32,868 nucleotides of DNA from Candidatus Oleincola secundus (GTDB taxonomy: Bacteria > Atribacterota > Phoenicimicrobiia > Phoenicimicrobiales > Stramentimicrobiaceae). Shown here one piece after another: positions 9,331 to 18,070 of the stretch. The DNA is taken from assembly GCA_018400815.1 (NCBI GenBank), contig JAGYLS010000013.1, positions 1 to 32,868 on the forward strand. Reading direction: 5' to 3'. The notes beneath the pieces were generated by a model. That model did not search any database, was not told the DNA's origin, and was given only the letters and a program-made list of their open reading frames with translations. The first letter of the stretch is position 1. The number at the start of each line of letters is the position of its first letter. Both the position numbers and the translations under genes were made by a program.

Positions 9331-10783
9331 ATGATAGGTAAACAATAGTTGAACACACATGATTGGATGTTGCGGAGTTCCAGCAACGGGGTTTCCTACA
9401 GAGAGGGTTTCAATGGGAAAAGAGAGTGGACTAAAGGCCAAGTTGGGATTCGTCTCCGATATGTGGGGATGGTTTTTACATGGCAATGCCCCCCGAAGCT
9501 CATGGCTTTGGGCTTTATTATTATGCGGGGGTGGAGCTTTGTGAAACCAAGGGCAAGAAGAGTAGTGGTACAAGGTGACAAAATAAAGGTTCCAGAGGCA
9601 AGGATTGTAGCGATGGGGAGATCCCACAAGAGGCGTTTGTTTCAGTGTGGGATGACAAAAATAACGGAAAGATTGCACCATAACTCTAACGATGGAGATT
9701 GGTACGTTATTTTTAGGAGCAATGTAACAGTAAAAGACCAACAAGGCGGGGAGTGTCGGGCTTATGACAAAGCCACCATAAACTCCAAGAACCAACAAGG
9801 CGGGTGGTGTCGGGCTTACTAGTGGCCACCACCATAAACTCCGGAGAACCAACAAGGCAGGGAAGTGTCAGGCTTATTATGGCAAACTACCATAAACTCA
9901 AGAACCAACAAGGCGGGAGTGTCGAACATGGCAAAGCTACCGTAAACTCGAGAACCAACAAGGCGGGGAGTGTCAGGCTTATGGCAAAGCTACCATAAAC
10001 TCCGAGAACCAACAAGGCGGGGAGTGTCAGGCTTATTATGGCAAAGCTACCATAAACTCCAAGAACCAACAAGGCGGGTAGTGTCAGGCTTATGGCAAAG
10101 CTACCGTAAACTCCGAGAACCAACAAGGCGGGGGTGTCAGGCTTATTATGGCAAAGCTACCATAAACTCCGAGAACCAACAAGGCGGGGAGTGTCAGGCT
10201 TATTATGGCAAAGCTACCATAAACTCAGAACAAGGCGAATTGGTGTCGGGCTTATTATGACAAAGCCCACCATAAACTCCGGTAACAAGGCGGGGAGTGT
10301 CGGGCTTATAGCAAAGCTACCATAAACTCCAAGAACCAACAAGGCGGGTGGTGTCGGGCTTATTATGACAAAGCCACCATAAACTCCGAGGGCAACAAGG
10401 CGGGGAGTGTCGGACATAGCAAAGCTACCATAAACTCCAGAACCAACAAGGCGGGTGGTGGTATCCGGGCTTATTATGACAAAGCTACCATAAACTCAAA
10501 GAACCAACAAGGCAGGGAGTGTCAGGCTTATGGCAAAGCTTACCGTAAACTCCGAGAACCAACAAGGCAGTGTCAGGCTTATTATGGCAAAGCTACCATA
10601 GCTCCACGAGAACCAACAAGGCGGGAGTGTCAGGCTTATTATGGCAAAGCTACCATAAACTCCAAGAACCAACAAGGCGGGTGGTGTCGGGCTTATTATG
10701 ACAAAGCCACCATAAACTCCAAGAACCAACAAGGCGGGTGGTGTCGGGCTTATTATGACAAAGCCACCATAAATTATTTATAA
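9331..10783 (+). pseudogene. Phage protein with a globular N-terminal domain and ~19 18-aa repeats (probable beta-helix/solenoid); frameshifted in this assembly
   Basis: GGGAGG RBS and ATG at 9331. Unique sequence runs in frame into QQGGECRAYDKATINSKN. The last repeat ends KATINYL-TAA at 10783. Confidence 0.6.
9736..10773 (+). repeat. Tandem repeat, ~19 copies of a ~54-57 bp unit (GAGAACCAACAAGGCGGGGAGTGTCAGGCTTAT[TAT]GGCAAAGCTACCATAAACTCC)
   Basis: Counted by the CAAGGC anchors. No unique spacers. The 54-bp unit translates as ENQQGGECQAYGKATINS. Confidence 0.95.
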
Positions 10784-10802
10784 TTAAAGAAGCGGGTAAA
10801 AA

Positions 10803-10988
10803 ATGCTGACAGAACATGAACGAGAAGTAAATTTATTAATACCTAAAGCTACGAAAATAGCAGATGCTCAATTACGAAAAATGGGTATTAAAAACGAAAG
10901 TAGTTTAGAGGCAATGGATTTGTGGAATCGGTTTTACCATAAAACTATGGATAAATTAGCATTTGAGAAAGGACTTAGGGTGATTTAA
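10803..10988 (+). CDS. Hypothetical protein
   Basis: 61-aa ORF, TAATG-coupled to the next gene. Confidence 0.7.
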   Translation: MLTEHEREVNLLIPKATKIADAQLRKMGIKNESSLEAMDLWNRFYHKTMDKLAFEKGLRVI

Positions 10989-11392
10989 TGAATAAACTGA
11001 CAAATAAACAAAAAGGTTATATAATTTTGTTTAAATGGGTAGGAGGACACAAAGGTTGGGTTATTTTCGGCACAGTAAAAAAAGACATTGTTCCTATTAA
11101 GCCGGTATCTCCTTATGTATTTAGTACTTACAAGGAAGCAGAAGAGTACGCTCTTAGTTTGCTTAGTAATGAAACTTATCATATAGTTAATTATTTAATT
11201 GCCTATATTGGAGAATCTGCTACGGAAAAGCGGTTATCGGGCTTAGTTAAAAAATTTAAAAAGAAATTCATGCGTGGTAAAGAATTGTCGATTTCAGATG
11301 TCAACTTGTATAACTCTATAACAAGGAGGCTTAACAATGACAAAATCTCAGAAAAAAAGGAAAAAAGATTGCAACCGGAAAGTGAGATTTGA
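10988..11392 (+). CDS. Hypothetical protein
   Basis: 134-aa ORF in a tightly packed operon. Confidence 0.65.
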   Translation: MNKLTNKQKGYIILFKWVGGHKGWVIFGTVKKDIVPIKPVSPYVFSTYKEAEEYALSLLSNETYHIVNYLIAYIGESATEKRLSGLVKKFKKKFMRGKELSISDVNLYNSITRRLNNDKISEKKEKRLQPESEI

Positions 11393-11564
11393 CAATGAGC
11401 AATACGCAAGATCAGTAGCCCGAAAGATGAACAGAAGGGGTTGCTATGTCGAGGCTTATTATTGCAAGTACTGTAATGGCTGGCATGTTGGAAGGATGAA
11501 AAGGGAATGTAAGGTGATGGAGGCTTTTAGGCGGTTAGAATTAGAAAGGAGGATGCACGCATGA
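11337..11564 (+). CDS. Small basic putative zinc-binding phage protein
   Basis: GGAGG RBS. C.RK.RF...AYYCKYCNGWH motif. Confidence 0.75.
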   Translation: MTKSQKKRKKDCNRKVRFDNEQYARSVARKMNRRGCYVEAYYCKYCNGWHVGRMKRECKVMEAFRRLELERRMHA

Positions 11565-11743
11565 AGGATAAAATTGATAGTGGCAAAATGACTTGGAAAG
11601 ATATAGCACAGATTAAATGGGAGAACAAAAGAAAAAATTGCCCGGCTTTCCACTCTGCTTCTGAATATGATTATTGTTTAGCAACAGGGAAAAAATGTAC
11701 TTATAAAAGTTGTATTTTTAATTATTGGTTTCAGGAAGAATAA
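11561..11743 (+). CDS. Small Cys-rich hypothetical protein
   Basis: AGGAGG RBS, ATGA overlap, four Cys (CP...C...C...C). Confidence 0.7.
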   Translation: MKDKIDSGKMTWKDIAQIKWENKRKNCPAFHSASEYDYCLATGKKCTYKSCIFNYWFQEE

Positions 11744-11937
11744 TGATGGAAGTATATCAATGGGTTTTATTAATTTTAGGTGTAGGGTATTGCTTTGGGT
11801 TTTTGTGCTGCTGGTTTTTGATAGGTAAAATGTATAAGTATTCTTTCAACAAATATACAACAGAAATTTACCGGCAATATAAGAAATGTTTGGCTGAAAA
11901 GAATATTTCAACAAAAAATACAGTATTTGATAGGTGA
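11743..11937 (+). CDS. Small membrane protein
   Basis: TAATG coupling. One hydrophobic segment WVLLILGVGYCFGFLCCWFLIG. Confidence 0.65.
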   Translation: MMEVYQWVLLILGVGYCFGFLCCWFLIGKMYKYSFNKYTTEIYRQYKKCLAEKNISTKNTVFDR

Positions 11938-11944
11938 CTAAAAA

Positions 11945-12490
11945 ATGGGTTATTTAGAAAGGCATAAAAATAGTGGGATTAAAGTTGGCGACAAGGTAAA
12001 AATTATACGAGGAGATAGGCCGCTTTGGAAAGGTTCAAATCAATCGATTTCATCCCAGGTGGATATAAATATATCACAATTTATAGGGAAGACAGGACAA
12101 GTGGAAATTGACAGTGGGAAGTATGGGTTTGAAGTAAGGCTTAGGGACGGGCGGCTATATGCATTTCCTTATTTTGTCTTGGAAGTGCAATCTGATGATA
12201 AGTATGGTAAATTAAAAAAAGTTTTATCTAATGCCGAGGAGCATAGTTCTATCGGAAAAGGGCTGGAACGACATGCAACCAATAACAATTTTGAAGACCA
12301 GGTGATTTGTGTAGTCCAACGGCTGTTAAAAGATCATCCATTTGGGGGCCATGCTTTTCAAGTTATAAAGAAAACAATAGAAGCCGGGAGGCTTTATAAA
12401 ATTAAAGGAGAGGATGCCGCTTATCAAGAAGTGTTAGGAGCTATTAATTATTTAGGGGCTATGGGAATTTTAATTAAAGAAAGGAATTAA
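11945..12490 (+). CDS. Two-domain hypothetical protein (N-terminal KOW/SH3-like, C-terminal helical phage domain)
   Basis: IKVGDKVKI...IGKTGQV...FPYFVLE, then GKGLERHA...FQVIKK..EA...EVLGAINYL. Confidence 0.7.
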   Translation: MGYLERHKNSGIKVGDKVKIIRGDRPLWKGSNQSISSQVDINISQFIGKTGQVEIDSGKYGFEVRLRDGRLYAFPYFVLEVQSDDKYGKLKKVLSNAEEHSSIGKGLERHATNNNFEDQVICVVQRLLKDHPFGGHAFQVIKKTIEAGRLYKIKGEDAAYQEVLGAINYLGAMGILIKERN

Positions 12491-12492
12491 CT

Positions 12493-12672
12493 ATGGAAAA
12501 AGTTAAGGCAATCGCAACGACAAAGAAAGGTGAGGTGTTTACTGCTAACGGCACAAATGAAGCGGTATGGCGGGAGCTTCAATGTTTTATTAACAAGCAT
12601 TGGAAAGAGGGCATTGAAATTAATATGGGGCCAAAACAAAAAGAGAGGGCACATGAGAACAATACAAGTTAG
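12493..12672 (+). CDS. Hypothetical protein (59 aa, below the ORF-track cutoff)
   Basis: AAGGA RBS. MEKVKAIATTKKGEVF...NNTS-TAG fills the gap between neighbours. Confidence 0.6.
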   Translation: MEKVKAIATTKKGEVFTANGTNEAVWRELQCFINKHWKEGIEINMGPKQKERAHENNTS

Positions 12673-12895
12673 GGATGATGATTGTGTTATAGTTATTTCA
12701 AAAGATATGAAGCCAAATATCACAATTCCGTGCAAAAAAACTAATGAAGAAATACCTTTTCACATGAAATATTGTGTTGGATTGGCACATCTAATTAACA
12801 ATAGGGCTGATATTTTAGATTTGGCTGTAATGGGGCAATGGAACGATTTGGTAGATTTTTATAAATTAGCTAAAAAGGGGGAACAATGGGAATAA
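12653..12895 (+). CDS. Hypothetical protein
   Basis: Probable start ATG 12653 (GAGGG upstream) within ORF 12530..12895. Confidence 0.65.
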   Translation: MRTIQVRDDDCVIVISKDMKPNITIPCKKTNEEIPFHMKYCVGLAHLINNRADILDLAVMGQWNDLVDFYKLAKKGEQWE

Positions 12896-13068
12896 GGCTA
12901 CCTGATGATATCAAGAGGACAATCAAAAAAAGGGCTGCGCAAAGAAATTTATTGCCCACAGAATACATTAAGTTTTTAATCAAGATTGGATTGTTAGTGG
13001 ATAGTGTAAACACCTACGATGCCAATATTTATTTATGCGATACTGAAGAAAAAGAAATTAAATTTTAG
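12886..13068 (+). CDS. Ribbon-helix-helix (CopG/Arc-like) DNA-binding protein
   Basis: MGIRLPDDIKRTIKKRAAQRNLLPTEYIKFLI matches the RHH pattern. GGGGG RBS. Confidence 0.65.
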   Translation: MGIRLPDDIKRTIKKRAAQRNLLPTEYIKFLIKIGLLVDSVNTYDANIYLCDTEEKEIKF

Positions 13069-13079
13069 CGGGAGGGGCT

Positions 13080-13586
13080 ATGAAAATGATTTGGGTATCT
13101 TTAATATTTAATATTTTTCTTGTATGCTTTATTATAACTCTTTGTTTTTATAACGAGAAAGAATTTACTAATCAGGAGTATGAGTATATCGAAGAAGTAA
13201 GAACTCTTGTAAGTGTAAATGCCGTTATAAGGGAGCGGCTGGATGAGCTTCAAAAAGATTATGATAATTTTATCAATACTTATTGTTATCATTCTGTTAA
13301 TATCACTGCGTACACCACTTCAAAAGACGAAACAAACCATGATAGCGGGCATACAGCTACTATGGAAAAGCCCGTGGTCGGCAAGACTGTGGCAGTATCA
13401 AGAGATTTAATTCATCTTCTTGGCAAATGGGTTTATATTGAAGGTACAGGAGTACGTTATGTTGGGGATTTAATGAATGAAAGATGGGAAAAAAGAATTG
13501 ATATCTTAGTCGGCTCCAAAAAAGATGCTTACAAATTTGGCAAGAAAGAAAATATTAAAATGGTAGTATTGCCTAATAAGGCTTAA
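13080..13586 (+). CDS. 3D-domain protein (cell-wall hydrolase-like) with N-terminal membrane anchor and coiled coil
   Basis: ITAYT...ET...TATM, TVAVSRDL, VYIEG.G.R.VGD.M, RIDIL. GGAGG RBS. Confidence 0.85.
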   Translation: MKMIWVSLIFNIFLVCFIITLCFYNEKEFTNQEYEYIEEVRTLVSVNAVIRERLDELQKDYDNFINTYCYHSVNITAYTTSKDETNHDSGHTATMEKPVVGKTVAVSRDLIHLLGKWVYIEGTGVRYVGDLMNERWEKRIDILVGSKKDAYKFGKKENIKMVVLPNKA

Positions 13587-13604
13587 CATTATAAGAGGGA
13601 AATT

Positions 13605-13838
13605 ATGCAAAAAGAATTTTATATACTAAAGATTAACGATTTGGCTGAAGTGGGGGTAATGCCGATATTTGACCCGACACAGAAGGAGCCTAAAATTAGT
13701 GATCTTTATATTTTCAGGGGTTACAGCAAATTGGGGGCTGTGGCAGAGTTTGATAAAGCTCCAAAATGGCTGGTTGATATTGCCAACAATGAACTTTACG
13801 AAGATATAATGAATAGTTATGTAAAAATGGAGGGATAA
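13605..13838 (+). CDS. Hypothetical protein
   Basis: 77-aa ORF with GAGGG RBS. Confidence 0.7.
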   Translation: MQKEFYILKINDLAEVGVMPIFDPTQKEPKISDLYIFRGYSKLGAVAEFDKAPKWLVDIANNELYEDIMNSYVKMEG

Positions 13839-13842
13839 AAAA

Positions 13843-14001
13843 ATGGGAGATTTGGCTGTTTTAACTGGAATTATTGGTGGGCTGGTGTTATTTGCAATAT
13901 TAATTATATTGCCAATATGTGTTTATTATGCCCAAAAATGGGCTTATGAGTGTTATAAAGAATTAAGAAAGATTAACGAAAGTATAAATAGGGAAAAATA
14001 G
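13843..14001 (+). CDS. Small membrane protein (52 aa)
   Basis: GGAGGG RBS. MGDLAVLTGIIGGLVLFAILIILPICVYY... then a charged tail. Confidence 0.65.
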   Translation: MGDLAVLTGIIGGLVLFAILIILPICVYYAQKWAYECYKELRKINESINREK

Positions 14002-14009
14002 GGAATATC

Positions 14010-14369
14010 ATGAAAAAAGAGCTGCGAGAACAGGTATGGAATAAATATGGTCGCTGTTGTGCGTATTGCGGGAAAAAATTAGAGTACGCCGATATGCAGG
14101 TTGACCACTATCAGCCTAAATGTGGAGCGCATTTGCGCAACAATAAAGGCGACCATATCGATAATTTAATGCCAAGTTGCCGAAGGTGCAACCATTATAA
14201 ACGGCAATGGCCGCCAGAAGTATTCAGACAACTTATTGTTAAATTGGCAGATAAAATACAGGAAACGTATCTTGCAAAAGTGGCTATCGATTTTGGTATT
14301 TTGCAGTTTAAACCGTTTGATGGCGTTTTTTATTTTGAAAGGTATAACCAGCAGCTTGACCAAGACTAA
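14010..14369 (+). CDS. HNH endonuclease
   Basis: REQVWNKYGRCCAYCG, MQVDHYQP, NLMPSCRRCNHYK. Confidence 0.92.
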   Translation: MKKELREQVWNKYGRCCAYCGKKLEYADMQVDHYQPKCGAHLRNNKGDHIDNLMPSCRRCNHYKRQWPPEVFRQLIVKLADKIQETYLAKVAIDFGILQFKPFDGVFYFERYNQQLDQD

Positions 14370-14407
14370 CACTGGTCAACTGTGTATTATAAATAAAGGG
14401 GGTTAAA

Positions 14408-14824
14408 ATGTTATGCGAAGCTATAAAATTGGCTGTTAAAGCCCACGCCGGACAAATGGACAAATGTGGTCAACCTTATATCTTACACCCATTAAGGGTA
14501 ATGTTTAATGTACCGGATTATTTAAGGGTTCCGGCTGTTTTACATGATGTGGTGGAGGATACAAAAATTACATTAGATATGTTGAGGCAAAAAGGGTTTT
14601 CCGATGAGGACGTTTCTGTAGTTGATGCCTTAACAAAAAGGCAAGATGAAAAGTATGCTGATTATATAAAAAGAGTATCTTTGAACACATCGGCTTCTAT
14701 TATCAAAATACAAGACTTATACGATAATATGTTACCTGAGCGCAATCAGTTTAAAGGGGCAGGAAGTTTAATGAAACGCTATAAGAAAGCTTTGTGGGAA
14801 TTGAAAGGAGTGAAAGTAGTGTGA
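14408..14824 (+). CDS. HD-domain hydrolase, RelA/SpoT hydrolase (small alarmone hydrolase)-like
   Basis: AHAGQ.DK.GQPYILHP, AVLHDVVED, VDALTK, IK..DL.DN. The stop codon lies inside the element starting at 14821. Confidence 0.85.
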   Translation: MLCEAIKLAVKAHAGQMDKCGQPYILHPLRVMFNVPDYLRVPAVLHDVVEDTKITLDMLRQKGFSDEDVSVVDALTKRQDEKYADYIKRVSLNTSASIIKIQDLYDNMLPERNQFKGAGSLMKRYKKALWELKGVKVV

Positions 14825-14941
14825 ACTACCACTACCTTAAAAGGTGGGACGCACCCGAACTTAAACGCCCACGGAGAGGCGGTGCTACAAGGCCCCTCAT
14901 TGAAGTGGGAAGCCACCTGCTTTAGCTGGTGGAGCAGTCAC
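14821..14941 (+). ncRNA. Orphan TnpB-type omegaRNA/right end fused to a partial, oppositely oriented element end; predicted guide from 14942 (ATGAGGATACAAGTATAAAA)
   Basis: AACGCC...GGAGA...TTGAAG..GGAAGCC..TGCTTTAGCT...TCAC parallels 420-544. The first ~25 nt, GTGAACTACCACTACCTTAAAAGGT, parallel the end at 32290. No tnpB ORF. Confidence 0.75.
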
Positions 14942-15053
14942 ATGAGGATACAAGTATAAAAATAACTTGTATAGATTTTAAATGGTACGAAAATATCGGT
15001 GGTGCTAGTTTTTTGACAGATACTCAAGGTACTTTTAGGCGCAGACCAAAGCT

Positions 15054-16058
15054 ATGAAATTTAAATCATTAGAAAAATTATTGTCTTTATTGAATATACA
15101 GATAATAGATTATAACCAAACATGGGTTAGGGTTAGCTGCCCTTTGGCTTTCCTTACCCATGATAAAGGTATTGATGAGCGCCCTTCGTGCAGTATATCT
15201 ATAAATGATAAAGGCTTGTCTTATGTAAATTGTTTTACTTGTGGCTGTAGGAGCTTATATGAAGTATTGCACGCTTTATTTTGGACAAAAAACATAAGCA
15301 GGGAAATTCTTGAATTTTATGTTAAAAGTGAATTTATTCAAGAGGAAGCCGAGGATACCATTTTATTTAATGACGGCTTTTCTAATAACCATAAGCCTGA
15401 GAAATATATACCTGTTCCTGATGAGGTATTAGCTTTATTTGAGCCTATAAACAAAGCTGCTGATTATTTAAAGTCCAGAAAAATAAATTTAGATATTGCA
15501 CGACAAGCGGGGTTGCAATTTTGGAAAAATGCGTTATTATGTCCTATAAGGGATACAGATTTTAAAACTTATTGGATTCATTTCAGGTCAATTAATTCTA
15601 AAATATTTTGGCATGGCAAGCCGGAGCATTTCAATTCTAACATACAATGGGGGCGGCCTGATAGTTGGTTTGGGATTGAATTTTTAAACATTAATGAACC
15701 TATTGTTTTAGTCGAGGGTATTATGGATTGCCTTCGTTTAAAAACTTTAGGGCTGCAAAATGTTATAGCAAGTCATGGGGGTATAGGGAAGAAATCACTT
15801 AAATTAAAACGTATCTTAGATTTTAATCCAAAATTATTGTATCTTGGTTTTGATGCAGATAATGCCGGAAAACAATTTAGTTTAGCCGTAAGGCGACAAG
15901 CTAATTGTAAAGTTATAGACCTTGATTGGTCAAAAGTGGGTCGTAAAGACCCAGGAGAGCTCGGCTCAAAAGAAGAATTAGAACAGGTTTTAGACCAACA
16001 AACACTGAACTTCAAGTTCACAGACAAATTCAGGAGAGAAAATTATGAAAGCTTTTAA
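15054..16058 (+). CDS. DNA primase (N-terminal zinc-binding domain + TOPRIM)
   Basis: CP....H....DERPS, NCFTCG, YLKSRKI, LVEGIMD, LGFDADNAG, KDPGEL. Confidence 0.9.
   Translation: MKFKSLEKLLSLLNIQIIDYNQTWVRVSCPLAFLTHDKGIDERPSCSISINDKGLSYVNCFTCGCRSLYEVLHALFWTKNISREILEFYVKSEFIQEEAEDTILFNDGFSNNHKPEKYIPVPDEVLALFEPINKAADYLKSRKINLDIARQAGLQFWKNALLCPIRDTDFKTYWIHFRSINSKIFWHGKPEHFNSNIQWGRPDSWFGIEFLNINEPIVLVEGIMDCLRLKTLGLQNVIASHGGIGKKSLKLKRILDFNPKLLYLGFDADNAGKQFSLAVRRQANCKVIDLDWSKVGRKDPGELGSKEELEQVLDQQTLNFKFTDKFRRENYESF
16005..16020. promoter_or_regulatory. Second copy of the TGAACTT-C-AAGTTCA palindrome
   Basis: Identical to 1894-1909. Lies in the primase 3' end, 25 bp upstream of the SSB start. Confidence 0.45.
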
Positions 16059-16761
16059 AAGCACAGAAGAAGCATTATCATTTTTGAAAGAGGAAGAGGA
16101 CAAACAGGCGGCAAGAAAAACGGCTTATGCCGAAGATAACGTAAGGCAAAGACGTTTTTACATGAAATACGACACGGAGGCTTTGGTTTTATATTTGGAT
16201 GATTTATTGTTTCCTGTTGTAGAGCATAGTTTTAAAGACTCGAACGGCTGGACAGTTTTTGAAACTTGCATAGAAGATATAGAAGGGGAGTGCCCTTTAT
16301 GTGATAATAAAACAACTAAATATCTTGGGTTTGCTTCTACCATTATTCATATTAATCCTTATGACAAAAAAGGAAATTTACAGCCCCCTACTAAAAAATT
16401 GATTGTTATCAAACAAGGGGCTTCTAAAAACTGGCTTAGGCGGCAAAAGGAATACGGCACTTTGAAAGGCAAGATATTTAATCTTTACAGATCAAATGAT
16501 TCAAAATCGGCTACAACCGGCTCTGATATGGAATTTAAAAAAAATGCTGATTGGGATAGAGTAGCTGAAAAAACTCCAAATGGTATTAAGTTTGAAGATT
16601 GGATTGCACCTTACGACTATAAAGATATTTTTAAGCCAAAAACACCATCTGAACTTAGAAAGATTTTAGCTATTCCTGATCCTGTTGGGTCGGAAAAAAC
16701 CCGGGCTGAACAGCAAGACGCTAATACGGAAAACAAAAAAAAGCTTGCAGATTTGATTTAA
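16045..16761 (+). CDS. Single-stranded DNA-binding protein, gp32-like (putative)
   Basis: RFYMK, VEHS, TC......CPLC, R...KS...G.D.EF pattern. Lies between primase and helicase. AGGAG RBS. Confidence 0.65.
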   Translation: MKAFKSTEEALSFLKEEEDKQAARKTAYAEDNVRQRRFYMKYDTEALVLYLDDLLFPVVEHSFKDSNGWTVFETCIEDIEGECPLCDNKTTKYLGFASTIIHINPYDKKGNLQPPTKKLIVIKQGASKNWLRRQKEYGTLKGKIFNLYRSNDSKSATTGSDMEFKKNADWDRVAEKTPNGIKFEDWIAPYDYKDIFKPKTPSELRKILAIPDPVGSEKTRAEQQDANTENKKKLADLI

Positions 16762-16765
16762 ATAA

Positions 16766-18070
16766 ATGATTCTTTCTAATATGTTATGGCTCCCGAAAGG
16801 GAGCCTATTTGACATCAATACAATTAAGCAGGATTTAATTGTAAAATCTAAATTTCCTGATATACAGCCTATCTTTAATTATATTGATACAGATAATTAT
16901 TTAGGTGTGCCTAAAAATTATTTACCTATTCCTAAAAAAGTTAAAGATGAGCGAATAGAGGGGAATCGCTGGAAGTTAAAATTTAAAGGCACGCTTAGAG
17001 GGCATCAAAAAGAGGTAGTCAAGGAATGGCAAGAATTTTATAATAAAGGTATAACAGAATATATTTTAAATCTTCAAACCGGGGCCGGTAAAACAGTTGT
17101 TGCTTTATGGGTAGCGGCTCAATTAAAAGTGCCTTTTCTTGTTATAGTTCCAAGAGAGAGGCTTTTAACTCAGTGGGAATACCATATAAAAAAGTTTACA
17201 AATATTAAAGATGTTGGTTTTGTTCAGCAGAAAAGATGCGAATATGAAGGCAAAAAAGCCTGTGTAGGGCTGATTCATTCTGTATGTAAAGACAGGTATC
17301 CTGATGAGTTTAAGAAGCGTTTTGGTTTAATTATTATGGATGAAATCCATATGACCCCTACTTATACCTTTTCTCAAGTTATGAAAATGTTTCCGGCTAA
17401 ATATAATTTGGCGCTTTCCGCTACCTTATTCCGACAAGATAAAATGGAAACTGTATTTTTTCAGCATCTTGGGAGAAACATTATATCATACAAAGAAGCT
17501 ACTCAACCTAAACCGAGGGTGTTTATTAAAAAATATTCAGGCAATTCCGGCAAGTTACCTTATTGGTTAAACAGGCAAGATAAAGTTAAAGTAAGGGCTT
17601 GTATCTTATCTAACTTAGCTAAAAATAAGGAAAGAAACCAGTTAATAGCTGATTTTGCTGAAATATTGATTAATAAAGGATTGCAAACTTTGGTTATTGG
17701 TGATAGGATAGCCCAACTTGAAAACATTGAAGCTATATTAAAGGAAAAAGGTTTTGATAAGATAGGATTATATATATCTAAAACTAAAGCCGAACAAAAA
17801 GTATGGCTTGAAAAAAATGCAGGTTGTATTCTGGCTACAACCCAAATGTTAAGTGTTGGAATTGATATTGATACATTGAGAGGGCTTGTTTATGCCACCC
17901 CTCATTCAGAGGTTGAGCAAATTGTAGGCAGGATTAGAAGAATCAATCAAAACGTAGCTGACCCTGTTGTTGTTGATATATGGGATAATTATCCTGAAAC
18001 TATTAGATGGGGCAAAAAAAGACTATCTTATTATAAGGATAATAATTTTGACTGCCAAGAAGTTACCTAA
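16766..18070 (+). CDS. Superfamily 2 (DExH) helicase, UvsW/ResIII-like
   Basis: LRGHQ, TGAGKT, DEIH, LSAT, GIDI, QIVGRIRR. Confidence 0.93.
   Translation: MILSNMLWLPKGSLFDINTIKQDLIVKSKFPDIQPIFNYIDTDNYLGVPKNYLPIPKKVKDERIEGNRWKLKFKGTLRGHQKEVVKEWQEFYNKGITEYILNLQTGAGKTVVALWVAAQLKVPFLVIVPRERLLTQWEYHIKKFTNIKDVGFVQQKRCEYEGKKACVGLIHSVCKDRYPDEFKKRFGLIIMDEIHMTPTYTFSQVMKMFPAKYNLALSATLFRQDKMETVFFQHLGRNIISYKEATQPKPRVFIKKYSGNSGKLPYWLNRQDKVKVRACILSNLAKNKERNQLIADFAEILINKGLQTLVIGDRIAQLENIEAILKEKGFDKIGLYISKTKAEQKVWLEKNAGCILATTQMLSVGIDIDTLRGLVYATPHSEVEQIVGRIRRINQNVADPVVVDIWDNYPETIRWGKKRLSYYKDNNFDCQEVT

Noticed and set aside
9740..10770. Diversity-generating retroelement template/variable repeats
   Set aside because: No reverse transcriptase in the window, and the repeats are tandem with differences not confined to adenines.
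9736..10773. CRISPR array associated with IscB
   Set aside because: The whole unit repeats with no unique spacers, the 54-bp period is a codon multiple, and unique coding sequence runs in frame into and out of the array.
12650..12670. Self-target of the 14942 guide (CACATGAGAACAATACAAGT vs CACATGAGGATACAAGT)
   Set aside because: Needs a gap and a mismatch near the seed; plausible by chance in AT-rich DNA.
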